Shown here one piece after another: positions 9,940 through 20,261 of a stretch of DNA of 64,000 nt. The translations under genes and the position numbers were made by a program. The notes below the pieces were generated by a model. It searched no databases. It had not been told where the DNA came from and saw only the letters and a program-made list of their open reading frames with translations. The stretch covers positions 2,439,720 to 2,503,719 of the forward strand of contig CAVQEJ010000003.1 of the NCBI GenBank assembly GCA_963711505.1, written 5' to 3'. How positions within the stretch are numbered: position 1 is the stretch's first letter; the number at the start of each line of letters is the position of its first letter. The DNA comes from an uncultured Acidobacteriota bacterium. GTDB lineage: Bacteria; Acidobacteriota; Vicinamibacteria; Vicinamibacterales; CAVVIG01.

Positions 9940-10076
9940 GAATTCGAAGAATTGAAGAATTGAAGAAAGAACGCTGGACGAAGCGACAGGTCACGACTCA
10001 TTGGCCCCATGAAGAACGCAGGCAAGAGTCCACACTCCGCCATTCTTGAATTCTTCAATTCCCATTCTTCAATTCG
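9940..10076. repeat. AT-rich inverted repeat between convergent genes (possible bidirectional terminator or small palindromic element)
   Basis: GAATTGAAGAA occurs twice at 9949-9967. Its reverse complement TTCTTCAATTC occurs twice at 10051-10076, ~80 nt away. The region is strikingly AT-rich for this sequence. Confidence 0.45.
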
Positions 10077-10093
10077 CGCACTCGTCCATGCCC

Positions 10094-12647
10094 CTACTCC
10101 GCCCGCAGCGCGTCGAGCGGCACGACGCGGGTAGCGCGGCGGGCCGGAACGTAGCTGGCCGCCAGGGCGGCGAGGGCCAGGACGAGCGGGGCGACGACGA
10201 ACACGAGCGGGTCGAAGGCGCTCGACCCCGTAGAGCATGCTGCTCACCAGCTTCGCCAGTCCCGCCGACAGCAGCAGGCCGATGCCCAGGCCGAGGCCGG
10301 TCAGCACGAGCCCTTCCTTCAGCATCATCCAGAGCACGTCGCGCGGCTCGGCGCCCAGCGCCATCCGGATGCCGATCTCGCGCGTCCGGCGCGAGACCAC
10401 GTAGGCCTTCACGCCGTAGACGCCGACGGCCGCGAGCAGCAGCGCCAGCGCGCCGAACAGCGTGAACATCCGCGCGCCCGTCTCGGATCAGCCACAAGTC
10501 GATGCTGTCCGTCGCGGTAGCTGGGTCATCGATCTGCAGCGAGACAGGACCGGCAGCGTCGGATCGACGTCGCGGATCGCGCGGCGGACGGACGCCGAGC
10601 ATCGCCGCCTCGCCGGCGCGGGCCGCCGGCCGCGACGCGCAGGTGAATGAACAGGTTCGACCGGTAGTTCGCGCCGAACGGCACGTAGACGTGCGGCACC
10701 GGCGCCGGATCGAGCAGCTCCTGCCGGACGCCCGGCACCACGCCGACGATCGCCGACCAGCTCCGCGCTTCCGTGCCGTTCTCGCCGGGCCGATCTGCAG
10801 CTGGCTCGCCGACCGGGTTCGCGGCCTGGAAACAGAGTCTTCGCCAGGGGCTCGTCGATGATCGCGGCGCCGTGCGGGCGTCGGTGACGACTGCTCCTCG
10901 GCCGCGGTGAACCCGCGGCCGCGCAGCACCGGGAGCCCCAGCGTCGCGGAAGTAGTCAGTGCCGACGACCGTCAGGATCGACGGCGACCTGCTCGTGCCG
11001 CGGCGCCTCCGCGCCGCCGGCCCGACTGGCCGGGCACGGGACACACGTCCTCGGTGAAGTCGCCGAACGACACCGACGAGGCCGTGCTCGCCGACTCGAC
11101 ACCCGGGCAGCGCCCGCAACCGGGCCAGCAGCCGCTGGTAGACCGCCCGCCCCTGCGCCTCGTCTGGTCCCGGCCAGACCCGGGTCGACGTTGACGAGCA
11201 GCTGGTGATCGAGCCGATAACCGGGATCCGCCGACGCGGCCAGCAGCGCGCCACGCGCGAACAGGCCGCCGGCCACCAGCAGCGCGAGCGCGAGGGCGAT
11301 CTGCCCGACGACCATGGCGTTGCGTCCCGACAGCCGGCCGCGCAGTCCCGCTCGTGCGCTCGCCGGCGGCCTTCGAGTCGGTCACGACGTCGGTCCGCGT
11401 CAGCCGCCAGGCCGGTCCGAGTCCGAAGAACAGCGTGCTGCCGACGGCGAACAGCAGCGTCGCGGCCAGCACGCTGATATCCGGCAGTCGGCGAGAAGGC
11501 GATCGCCAGCGGCAGCCGGCTGCCCGACAGCGACGCGACGAGCACCCGTATGGCGCCGTACGCCAGCGCCAGGCCGATCGCCCCGCCGGCCAGCGACAAC
11601 AGCATCCCCTCGGTGAGCAACTGACGCACGATCCGCCACGCGTCCCGCGCCCAGCGCCAGTTGCACGGCCACGTCGCGCCGGCGGCCGGCGCCCCGCGCG
11701 CAGCATCATGTTCGCCAGGTTCAGGCAGGCGATCAGCAGGACGGCCGCCGGCCATCGCCATCAGCAGGGCGCCGACGTGCGTCGAAGGGGCCGTTGATCC
11801 GCGAGCTCAGGCTGACGCCGAGCCGCGGCAGCTTCGCCACCGTCAGAGTGATACCCCTTGCTGGCGGGGTCCTGCCCGGCGAGGCCGGCCGCCAGCGCCT
11901 CCAGCCGCGGCCGCGCCGACGCCATTGTCAGGCCGGGCGCCAGCCGTCCGGCCAGAATCAGCGCGCGCGTCCGCGGGTCGGCCAGCTTGCCGCTCTGACC
12001 GTTCGTCAACATGTCGTTCGTGACGTGATCGTGGACGCCGAGCGGCAGCCACACCTCGGGGCCGATCAGCCCCATCGTGCCCTCGAACCCGCGGTTCCGT
12101 GACGCCGACGATCGTGAACGGGCGGCTGTTGATGCGGAGCGTCTGGCCGACCAGGTCCGGGTCGGATCCATGCGCACGCCAGTACGCGTCGGTGACGATC
12201 ACGACCGGGATGTTGGCGCCGGGCTTCTCCTCGTCCGCGGTGAACGTCCGGCCGCGCGCCAGCGGGGAGTCGAGGACCTGAAAGAAGTTCGACGAGACGA
12301 TACCGGCGAACGCGCGGTGCGTCTTGTCGCCTTCGTTGAGTCCCACCAGCGTGAAGGCTCTGCGCCATCAGGCCGGCGAACAGGTCGTGCCGGGATCGAA
12401 TCGCGGTGTATTCGGCGTAGGTGAACCTGCGATAGCTGTGCGTCTGCTTCGGATCGTGCGAGTAGAGTCCGACGAGCCGCTCGGGGTGGCCGGCCGGCTG
12501 CTGGAACAGCAGGGCGTTGACCAGCGTGAACATGGCCGTGTTCACGCCGATCCCCAGCGACAGGACGATCAACGCGACGGCCGTGAAGCCCGGGCTCTTC
12601 CGCAGCGCCCTGAGGGTAATCCGGAGATCCTGAAGGAAGGTGTGCAT
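10094..12647 (-). pseudogene. ADOP-family duplicated permease (MacB_PCD/FtsX x2), heavily frame-disrupted paralogue
   Basis: Homologous segments of the intact neighbour are spread over at least nine ORF-track fragments (12066..12647, 11843..12346, 11761..12177, 10526..11761, 10972..11709, 11400..11672, 10956..11315, 10069..10929, 9840..10469). That requires at least 15 frame switches. The N-terminus MHTFLQDLRITLRALRKSPGFT and the C-terminus ...VPLDALRAE* (stop 10094-10096) are preserved. Confidence 0.8.
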
Positions 12648-12651
12648 GACG

Positions 12652-15180
12652 CTATTCCACCCGCAGCGCCTCGAGCGGCACGACGCGCGTGGCGCGGCGC
12701 GCCGGCACGTAACTCGCCGCCAGGGCGGCCAGGGCGAGCACGAGCGGGGCCACGAGGAACACCAGCGGGTCGAACGCGCCGACCTGATAGAGCATGCCGC
12801 TCACGAGCTTCGCCAGGCCGGCCGACAGCAGCAGGCCGATGCCCAGGCCCAGGCCGGTCAGCACGAAGCCTTCCCTCAGCATCATCCACAGCACGTCGCG
12901 CGGCTCGGCCCCCAGCGCCATCCGGATGCCGATCTCGCGCGTCCGGCGCGACACCACGTACGCCTTCACGCCGTAGACGCCGACGGCCGCGAGCAGCAGC
13001 GCCAGCGCGCCGAACAGCGTGAACATCCGCGCCCCGGCCTGCACCACCCAGAGCTCGATGTTCGCGTCCCGGTGCTGCGCCATCGTCTGCAGCGCGACGA
13101 TCGGCAGCTCCGGATCCACCTCGCGGACCGCGCGGCGGACCACGCCCAGCATGGCCGCCTCCCCGGCCGGGTCGCCGGCCGCGACGCGCAGATGGACGAA
13201 CTGGTTCGACTGGTAGTGCGCGCCAAATGGCAGGTAGACGTGCGACACCGGCGCCAGGTCGAACAGGTTGTGACGCACGCCGGGGACCACGCCCACGATC
13301 TGCGCGATCTCCGCCTTGCGGTCGTTCTCATTGGTGCCGATCCGAATCTGCCGCCCCACCGCATCGCGCCCCGGGAACAGCTTCTTTGCGAGCGGCTCGT
13401 CAATGATGGCGATCCGCGCGCCACCAGTGGACGGCTGCTCTTCCGCCGTGGTGAACTCGCGGCCGCGCAACACGGGCAGCCCGAGCGTCCGGAAGTACGC
13501 GGCTCCGATCGTCGTGTCGATCGCCGAAATCCGGCTGCCGGTGGCCTGCCCGTCCCGGCCGTCGGTTGACTCCCCCGGCACCGAGACCGTGCGGCTCTTG
13601 GTGATATCGCCGAACGAGACCTGCGAGGCCACGCTCGCCGATTCCACGCCCGGGAGCGCGCGCAGCCGCTCCAGCAGCCGGCGATAGGTCTCTCTGCCCT
13701 CCGTATCGTTCGCCCCCGCCAGGCCCGGATCGACGTTCAGCAGCAGCTCGTGGTCCAGCCGGTAGCCCGGGTCGGCCGATGCCGCCAGCAGCGCGCCCCG
13801 CGCGAACAGCCCGCCGGTCACCAGCAGCGCCAGCGCCAGCGCGATCTGGCCAACGACCATCGCATTGCGGCCCGACAGCCGTCCGAGCTGCTCGCTCGCC
13901 CGCTCGCCGGCGCCCTTCAGGTCGGAGACGACATTGCGCCGTGTCAGCCGCCAGGCCGGCCCGAGCCCGAAGAACAGCGTGCTGCCCACCGCGAACAGCA
14001 GCGTCGCAATCAGCACGTGTGCGTCGGGCGCCGGGGAGAAGACGAGGACGAGCGGCAGGTGGCTCGACAGCGACGCGACGAGCAGTCGCATCGCCCCGTA
14101 CGCCAGGCCGAGTCCGACGCCGCCGCCCAGCAGTGAGAGCACCAGTCCCTCGGTCAGCAGCTGCCGGACGATCCGCCAGCGCCCGGCGCCAAGCGCCAGC
14201 TGCACGGCGACATCGCGCCGGCGGCCGGCGCCCCGCGCGAGCATCATGTTCGCCAGATTCAGGCAGACGATGAGCAGGACGGCACCAGCCATCGCCAGGA
14301 GCAGTGCGCCGAGCGTGGCCACCTGATTGTCGGTCTCGGGCGCGTCGCTCACGCCCAGACGCGACAGCTTGGCCACCGTCAGCTCATAGCCCTTGTTCGC
14401 AGGATCCTGCGCGACCAGACCGGCGGCGAGCGCCTCGAGCCGGGGCCGCGCCGACGCCATCGTCAGGCCCGGGGCCAGCCGTCCGGCGGGAATCAGCGCG
14501 CGCGTACGGGCATCGCCCAGCCCGCCCTGCTGGCCGTCCCGGAACATGTCGTTCACAACGTGCTCGTAGACGCCGAGCGGCAGCCAGACCTCCGGTCCGA
14601 GCAGCCCCATCGTCCCCGCGAACCCCGGCTCCGTAATGCCGACGATCGTGAACGGCCGGTTGTTGATCCGGAGCGTCTGCCCCACCAGATGCGGATCGGA
14701 TCCGTGCGCGCGCCAGTACGGATCGCCGACGATCACGACCGGGATGTTGCTGCCCGGCTTCTCCTCGCCGGCGGTGAACCCCCGGCCGGCCTCGAGTGGC
14801 GAGTCGAGCACCTGGAAGTAGTTCGACGACACGATGCCGGCGAACGCCCGATGTGTGGCCTGGCCCTCGCCGACGCCCACCATCGCGAACGTCTGCACCA
14901 TCAGACCGGAGAACAGATCGTGGCGATCCCGGATCGCGGAGAATTCGGCGTAGGTGAAGTCGCGATAACTGCCGGGCCGCTTCGGGTCGTGCGAGTAGAG
15001 GCCGACGAGCCGCTCGGGATGACCGGCCGGCTGCTGGAAGAGCAGCGCATTGACGAGGCTGAAGACCGCCGCGTTCACGCCGATGCCGAGCGACAGGATG
15101 ACGAGCGCGACGACCGTAAAGCCGGGGCTCTTGCGGAGCCCCCGGAAGGTGACACGGAGATCCTGGAGGAATGTCTGCAT
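12652..15180 (-). CDS. ADOP-family (acidobacterial duplicated orphan permease) ABC-type permease
   Basis: Intact 842-aa ORF. The hallmark N-terminus is MQTFLQDLRVTFRGLRKSPGFTVVALVILSLGIGVNAAVFSLVNALLF. It has two FtsX-like halves, and the C-terminal half is ...VSRRTREIGIRMALGAEPRDVLWMML.... Confidence 0.9.
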   Translation of the reverse strand: MQTFLQDLRVTFRGLRKSPGFTVVALVILSLGIGVNAAVFSLVNALLFQQPAGHPERLVGLYSHDPKRPGSYRDFTYAEFSAIRDRHDLFSGLMVQTFAMVGVGEGQATHRAFAGIVSSNYFQVLDSPLEAGRGFTAGEEKPGSNIPVVIVGDPYWRAHGSDPHLVGQTLRINNRPFTIVGITEPGFAGTMGLLGPEVWLPLGVYEHVVNDMFRDGQQGGLGDARTRALIPAGRLAPGLTMASARPRLEALAAGLVAQDPANKGYELTVAKLSRLGVSDAPETDNQVATLGALLLAMAGAVLLIVCLNLANMMLARGAGRRRDVAVQLALGAGRWRIVRQLLTEGLVLSLLGGGVGLGLAYGAMRLLVASLSSHLPLVLVFSPAPDAHVLIATLLFAVGSTLFFGLGPAWRLTRRNVVSDLKGAGERASEQLGRLSGRNAMVVGQIALALALLVTGGLFARGALLAASADPGYRLDHELLLNVDPGLAGANDTEGRETYRRLLERLRALPGVESASVASQVSFGDITKSRTVSVPGESTDGRDGQATGSRISAIDTTIGAAYFRTLGLPVLRGREFTTAEEQPSTGGARIAIIDEPLAKKLFPGRDAVGRQIRIGTNENDRKAEIAQIVGVVPGVRHNLFDLAPVSHVYLPFGAHYQSNQFVHLRVAAGDPAGEAAMLGVVRRAVREVDPELPIVALQTMAQHRDANIELWVVQAGARMFTLFGALALLLAAVGVYGVKAYVVSRRTREIGIRMALGAEPRDVLWMMLREGFVLTGLGLGIGLLLSAGLAKLVSGMLYQVGAFDPLVFLVAPLVLALAALAASYVPARRATRVVPLEALRVE

Positions 15181-15366
15181 GCTTGGGACTCTTGCCTCGG
15201 CGTTCGGGGGCTCGGCGCTCGGGAGCTCGGGGCTGCTGGAGTGGACGGAAGAGCCGGCCCCGAAGTTCCGGCGCGGCGTTCCCGGGGGTTTCGCGTCGAT
15301 CGGCTCTCGGATAAACTGGCCGCAGATGTCTGCGCCAATCCCTCACGTCTGAGCCCGTAGCCCATC

Positions 15367-16311
15367 ATGAATCTACGCTCCCTCGGTCCGTCCGGTCTGC
15401 GAGTCTCCATCGTCGGCCTCGGCTGCAACAACTTCGGCGGCCGCTGCGATTTCGAGGCGACACAGCGTGTCGTCCACAAGGCCCTCGACCTCGGCATCAC
15501 GCTGTTCGACACGGCCGATATGTACGGCAATCGCGGCGGCTCGGAAGAGCTGCTCGGGCGCATCCTCGGCGATCGGCGCCAGGAGATCGTGCTGGCCACG
15601 AAGTTCGGCTGGGAGATGAGTGACGACGGCACCCGGCAGGGTGGGTCGCGCCGCTACATCATGCGCGCGGTCGAGGACAGCCTGCGCCGCCTCCGGACCG
15701 ACTGGATCGACCTCTATCAACTCCACAAGTTCGATCCGCTCACGCCCATCGAGGAGACCCTGCGGGCGCTCGACGACCTCGTGCACCAGGGCAAGGTCCG
15801 CTACATCGGCTGCTCGAACCTGCCCGCCTGGCGCGTCATCGATGCGCAATGGACGTCGCGGCAGCTCAACCTGAACCGCTTCATCTCCTGCCAGGACGAG
15901 TACAGCCTGCTCGCGCGCGGCCTCGAGCGCGAGCTGCTGCCCGCGGTCGAGGCCTACGGCCTGGGTCTTCTGCCGTTCTTCCCGCTGGCGAGCGGCCTGC
16001 TCACCGGCAAGTACCGGAAGAACGCGCCGTTGCCCGAGGGCACGCGTCTGGCGGGTGCACAGGGACTGGCGGATCGCTACCTGACGGACGCGAACTGGCA
16101 GGTCGTCGAGCGGCTCGAGCGGTTCTCGGCCGACCGGGGCCACACGCTGCTGGAACTGGCGTTCAGCTGGCTGCTGTCGCATCCGCCGGTCGCCAGCGTC
16201 ATCGCGGGTGCGACGAAACCGGAGCAGCTCGAACAGAACGTGAAGGCGGTCGACTGGGAGCTGACCGCAGAGGACCTGGCGGCCATCGACGAAGCGTGCG
16301 GCACGGCCTAG
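15367..16311 (+). CDS. aldo/keto reductase
   Basis: 314-aa ORF with LGCNNFGG, LFDTADMYGNRGGSEELLG, LATKFG and YIGCSNL motifs. Confidence 0.9.
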   Translation: MNLRSLGPSGLRVSIVGLGCNNFGGRCDFEATQRVVHKALDLGITLFDTADMYGNRGGSEELLGRILGDRRQEIVLATKFGWEMSDDGTRQGGSRRYIMRAVEDSLRRLRTDWIDLYQLHKFDPLTPIEETLRALDDLVHQGKVRYIGCSNLPAWRVIDAQWTSRQLNLNRFISCQDEYSLLARGLERELLPAVEAYGLGLLPFFPLASGLLTGKYRKNAPLPEGTRLAGAQGLADRYLTDANWQVVERLERFSADRGHTLLELAFSWLLSHPPVASVIAGATKPEQLEQNVKAVDWELTAEDLAAIDEACGTA

Positions 16312-16446
16312 TCGCAGCGCGTCACGCTGGATTCCGGCTCTCGCGGGCATGACGCCGGCCGGCATGGCTCGTCTCCGCCAGCCAGCCCCCCGCACAGAAC
16401 AGGGAGCGCGACGGCAACGCGCAGGAGGCCACGGGCGGTCGGCCGA

Positions 16447-16914
16447 TCAGGCGGGGTCGATGCCGAGCTCGCGCCGTACGCGCGCGACCGCGTCGGGCAC
16501 GGCCGCCGCCACGGCCTCCGAGAGCGGCGCGCCGGTATCGAACGACTTGCCTTCGATGGCGTAGACCACCAGGCTCGCCGGCAGGTTGCCGAGCGCCCGC
16601 CCCAGTTCCACGGCCTCCACGAGTCCGAACGCATGCGTCGACAGGGGGAACGCGGCCGCCGGCAGCGGTTCCCGCGCGGCATCGAACCGCCGGATCGTCC
16701 CGGGCGCGGCGCCGGAGACCATGGCGTCGATCACGATGACGGCGCGCGCGCCGTCCCAGGCCTCCATCAGCCGCTCGCCGTCGCCGTCCTCTTCGATCAC
16801 GGTCACCGTCGGTCCGCCGCCGGCGCCGATCCGGCGCGCGATCTCCCGGCCCGCGCCGTCGTCGCCGCGGAACGGGTTGCCGACGCCGATCACCACGGCC
16901 GTCCCGGCGCTCAC
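16447..16914 (-). CDS. [NiFe]-hydrogenase maturation endopeptidase
   Basis: GTG 16914 is in frame with ORF 16447..17898. It reads [23 protein letters not shown]...VIVIDAM. The start overlaps the large-subunit stop as GTGA. Confidence 0.85.
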   Translation of the reverse strand: MSAGTAVVIGVGNPFRGDDGAGREIARRIGAGGGPTVTVIEEDGDGERLMEAWDGARAVIVIDAMVSGAAPGTIRRFDAAREPLPAAAFPLSTHAFGLVEAVELGRALGNLPASLVVYAIEGKSFDTGAPLSEAVAAAVPDAVARVRRELGIDPA

Positions 16915-18209
16915 GCCCGATCGATCTCCAGCTTCAGGAAATGGGTCGAGCACGACAGGCAGGGATCGTAGTTCCGCACGACCTGTTCGCACTGCCGCCG
17001 CAGTTCGGGCTCGGGCAGGTCGAGGCGCCCGGGCACGAACGCGCGCAGATCGTCCTCGACGGCCTTCTGGTTCTGCGAGGTCGGCGGGACGATCTTCGCC
17101 TCGAGGATCGCGCCGTGCCCGTCGATCCGGTAGCGGTGGTACAGGAGCCCGCGCGGCGCCTCGGTGCAGCTGTACCCGACACCCGGCCGCACGGGCACGT
17201 CGACGGCGGGCCGATCGGGCGGTTCGTATCCCTCGATGATCCGCAGCGCCTCGTCGCAGACCTGCACGAGTTCGACGCTGCGCACGACGATGCTCTGGAA
17301 CGGGTTCCGGCAGACGGGCCCCAGGCCGGCGTCGGTCGCCGCCTGGCGGGCCAGGGGCGACAGCCGGTCGAAGTTCAGACTGTAGCGCGCGAGCGGACCG
17401 ACCAGGTAGGCGCCGGTGCCGTCGAGCACGGAGTGCAGGGCGTTCGTGTAGCCGACGTGCTCCTCGTGGAAGTGCCGCTCGTACTCGCGGGCGGCGATGT
17501 CCAGCCCGCCACTGGAGACGATGTGTCCCTCGTTGAAGGGATATTCGTCGGGGTGGCGCAGGGCGACGAACACGTACGGCTGTTCGAGGGACGGGCACGG
17601 CAGCGACGCCGTCCAGCGGACGGTCTCGAGCGCGGCGTCGCGCGCCCATTTCAGCCGCTCGGCCAGCGGCGCCAGTTCGGCCCGCGACGGCGTCCGGAAG
17701 AAGCCGCCGACCTTCACGTTCACGGGATGGATCGCGCGGCCGCCGAGCCGCTCCAGGATCGCGTTGCCGACCTTCTTCATCTGCAGGCCGCGCTGCACGA
17801 TCGCCGGCTGGTCCTTCGCGAGCCGGATGGCGTCGGGATAGCCGAGGAAATCGGGCGCGTGCAGCAGGTACACGTGCAGCGCGTGGCTCTCGATCCACTC
17901 GCCGCAGTCCAGGAGCCGCCGCAGCGCGCGCAGGGTCCCCTCCACGGTGATCCCGAGCGCGTTCTCCATCGCGTGCACGGCGCTCATCTGGTAGGCGACC
18001 GGACAGATGCCGCAGATGCGGGCGGTGATGTCGGGCGCCTCGCGGAAGTCGCGGCCGCGCAGCAGCGCCTCGAAGAAGCGCGGCGGCTCGATAATCTTCA
18101 GCTTCACGTCGGTGACGGCGCCGTCCTTCACGCGCACGTACAGCGCGCCCTCGCCCTCGACGCGCGCCAGCAGGTCGACCTTAACGGTGCCGGTCTTCAT
18201 GCGCTTCAC
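16911..18209 (-). CDS. [NiFe]-hydrogenase large (alpha) subunit, group 3 type
   Basis: 432 aa. The N-terminal motif is [10 protein letters not shown] and the C-terminal motif is DPCLSCSTH, the Ni-Fe ligand motifs. Confidence 0.9.
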   Translation of the reverse strand: MKRMKTGTVKVDLLARVEGEGALYVRVKDGAVTDVKLKIIEPPRFFEALLRGRDFREAPDITARICGICPVAYQMSAVHAMENALGITVEGTLRALRRLLDCGEWIESHALHVYLLHAPDFLGYPDAIRLAKDQPAIVQRGLQMKKVGNAILERLGGRAIHPVNVKVGGFFRTPSRAELAPLAERLKWARDAALETVRWTASLPCPSLEQPYVFVALRHPDEYPFNEGHIVSSGGLDIAAREYERHFHEEHVGYTNALHSVLDGTGAYLVGPLARYSLNFDRLSPLARQAATDAGLGPVCRNPFQSIVVRSVELVQVCDEALRIIEGYEPPDRPAVDVPVRPGVGYSCTEAPRGLLYHRYRIDGHGAILEAKIVPPTSQNQKAVEDDLRAFVPGRLDLPEPELRRQCEQVVRNYDPCLSCSTHFLKLEIDRA

Positions 18210-18969
18210 TCTCGCGCCGGAACGCCTCGGCGCCGGCGTTGAACGTGCGGAAGACCCGGACCAGGTTCTCCCGGGACAGGCCCAGCTCCCAGCACCGGGC
18301 GGCCAGCGCCGGCGTATTGGGCGTCTCCATCGGCCCGAAACAGCCGTAGCACCCGCGGTCGAACGAGGGGCAGATGGCGCCGCAGCCGGCCTGCGTGACC
18401 GGGCCGAGGCACGGCGTCCCGTCGGCGACCATCACGCACACCGTGCCGCGCCGCTTGCACTGCAGGCAGACGCTCGACGCCGGCGTCTGCGGCCGCCGCC
18501 CGATCAGGAACGCGCCGATCACCTCGAGCAGCTGTCGCCGATCGATCGGACAGCCGCGCAGCTCGAAGTCCACCCGGACGTGGTCGGCGATCGGCGTCGA
18601 ACGCGCGAGGCTCTCGATGTAGCGCGGCTGCGCGTACACGAGCGCGATGAACTCCTTCACGTCGCCGAAGTTCCTGAGCGCCTGGATGCCGCCGGCGGTC
18701 GCGCACGCCCCGATCGTCACCAGCGTCTTCGAGGCGCGCCGGACCTGGTGGATCCGTTCGGCCTCCTCCGGTGTCGTGATCGAGCCCTCGACGAGCGACA
18801 GATCGTAGGGCCCGCGCACGCTCGCGCGGGACGCCTCGGGAAAATGGGCGATCTCCACCTGCTCGGCCACGGCCAGCAGATCGTCCTCGCAGTCGAGCAG
18901 CGTGAGCTGACACCCGTCGCACGAGGAGAACTTCCAGACGGCCAGCTTCGGCCGGCGCCTCCTGCTCAT
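18181..18969 (-). CDS. [NiFe]-hydrogenase small (delta) subunit, NuoB-like Fe-S protein
   Basis: 262 aa with [24 protein letters not shown], a C-rich C-terminal part ([30 protein letters not shown]). Confidence 0.9.
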   Translation of the reverse strand: MSRRRRPKLAVWKFSSCDGCQLTLLDCEDDLLAVAEQVEIAHFPEASRASVRGPYDLSLVEGSITTPEEAERIHQVRRASKTLVTIGACATAGGIQALRNFGDVKEFIALVYAQPRYIESLARSTPIADHVRVDFELRGCPIDRRQLLEVIGAFLIGRRPQTPASSVCLQCKRRGTVCVMVADGTPCLGPVTQAGCGAICPSFDRGCYGCFGPMETPNTPALAARCWELGLSRENLVRVFRTFNAGAEAFRRESEAHEDRHR

Positions 18970-18970
18970 C

Positions 18971-19825
18971 TCACACCTCGCGCACGGCCATCCGCGCCAG
19001 GATCCGATCGGCGGTCATCACCGGGCCGTCGCGGCAGATGAAGTCGGAACCGAACTGGCAGTGGCCGCAGAACCCGACGGCGCACTGCATGTTGCGCTCC
19101 ATCGACAGGAAGATCCGCGAGCCGTCCAGCCCGCAGTGCTCGAGCTCGCGCGTCGTGTACCGCATCATGATCTCCGGCCCGCAGGTCATCGCGACCGTCC
19201 GCGCCGGCTCGATCGGCAGCCGGGACAACAGCTGCGTGGGGACGCCGACCGCCCCCGGCCATCCCGACGGCGCCCGGTCCACCATGACGGACACCTCGAT
19301 CGCCGCCTCGCGCTGCCAGCGCTCCACTTCCTGCCGGTACAGCAGATCGTCGGGCGTCCGCGCGCCGTACAGCAGCCAGACGCGGCCGAACCGCGCCCGG
19401 TGCGCCAGCAGGTGATAAATCGCCGGCCGCAGCGGCGCGAGGCCGACGCCGCCGGCCACGACGACGACGTCCTGGCCTTCGGCCGCCGCCACGGGCCAGC
19501 CGGTGCCGAACGGTCCGCGAATGCCGACCTCGTCGCCCCGCTTCAGCGCGCCGATGGCCTTCGATACCGCCCCGACGCCACGCACGGTGTGCACGAGCCG
19601 GTCCGTTCGCGCGGGGTCACCGGTGATCGACATCGGCACCTCGCCGACGCCGAAGACGTAGACCATCGTGAACTGGCCCGGCGCAAACGTCAGCCCCGGG
19701 GGGCCGCCGACCGCCTCCAGCTCGATCGTCTTCGTCTCGGCCGTCTCCCGCCGCAGGTGCCGCACGCGGAACGGCCGCGGCAGCATCGGGTCGGGCGGCA
19801 GTTCAGCCGTGCTCGTCATAGGCAT
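18971..19825 (-). CDS. hydrogenase gamma subunit, FAD/NAD(P)-binding oxidoreductase with C-terminal 2Fe-2S motif
   Basis: 284 aa with a ferredoxin-reductase-like fold (RPFRV...[21 protein letters not shown]). The C-terminal motif is [10 protein letters not shown]. Confidence 0.85.
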   Translation of the reverse strand: MPMTSTAELPPDPMLPRPFRVRHLRRETAETKTIELEAVGGPPGLTFAPGQFTMVYVFGVGEVPMSITGDPARTDRLVHTVRGVGAVSKAIGALKRGDEVGIRGPFGTGWPVAAAEGQDVVVVAGGVGLAPLRPAIYHLLAHRARFGRVWLLYGARTPDDLLYRQEVERWQREAAIEVSVMVDRAPSGWPGAVGVPTQLLSRLPIEPARTVAMTCGPEIMMRYTTRELEHCGLDGSRIFLSMERNMQCAVGFCGHCQFGSDFICRDGPVMTADRILARMAVREV

Positions 19826-20261
19826 TCAGCAGTTGCAGGCGTGTCGCGTGCAGGCGCTGCTCGACCATGAGGGCGAACTGCTTCAGCAGCTCGTACCCGA
19901 GATCGTGGTCGGCCTCGCTCTTGGTCCGCAGGCAGCGGCCGTCGAGCGCGATGGCGCGCACGGGCTCGAGGGCCCGCGCGTCGAACTTCCACTCGTAGGG
20001 CGGGAACAGCCACGACCAGCCGAGCACTTCGCCGGCCCCGATGGTCATGATCGTCAGCGTCGCGGTCGCGGTCGCCACCTCCAGCGCGACGCGCCCCTCG
20101 CGGATCAGGTAGAACGCATCGGCGTCCTGCCCTTCGCGGAACACGAACTGCCCGGTGTCGAACCGGACGTTGCGGGCGCAGCCGACGAGCAGCTGCACGT
20201 GCGCCTGCGACAGGTGGCGCGCGAACGGGTGGGCGGCAATCAGCGGTTCAAGCGTCTCCAT
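19803..20261 (-). CDS. stand-alone cyclic-nucleotide-binding-domain protein embedded in the hydrogenase operon
   Basis: 152 aa: FDTGQFVFREGQDADAFYLIREGRVALEV...IGAGEVLGWSWLF...DARALEPVRAIALD. This is a cNMP/CAP-effector-domain pattern with no HTH. It overlaps the upstream gene by 14 nt and the downstream gene by 23 nt. Confidence 0.8.
   Translation of the reverse strand: METLEPLIAAHPFARHLSQAHVQLLVGCARNVRFDTGQFVFREGQDADAFYLIREGRVALEVATATATLTIMTIGAGEVLGWSWLFPPYEWKFDARALEPVRAIALDGRCLRTKSEADHDLGYELLKQFALMVEQRLHATRLQLLNAYDEHG

Noticed and set aside
9940-10076. Possible CRISPR array or minisatellite, suggested by the repeated GAATTGAAGAA units.
   Set aside because: There are only two adjacent or overlapping copies per arm, in inverted orientation. 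There are no regular spacers and no cas genes. An inverted-repeat or terminator-like element fits better.
19803-20261. Crp/Fnr-type transcription factor.
   Set aside because: The protein is only 152 aa and consists of the cNMP-binding domain alone. It has no C-terminal helix-turn-helix.
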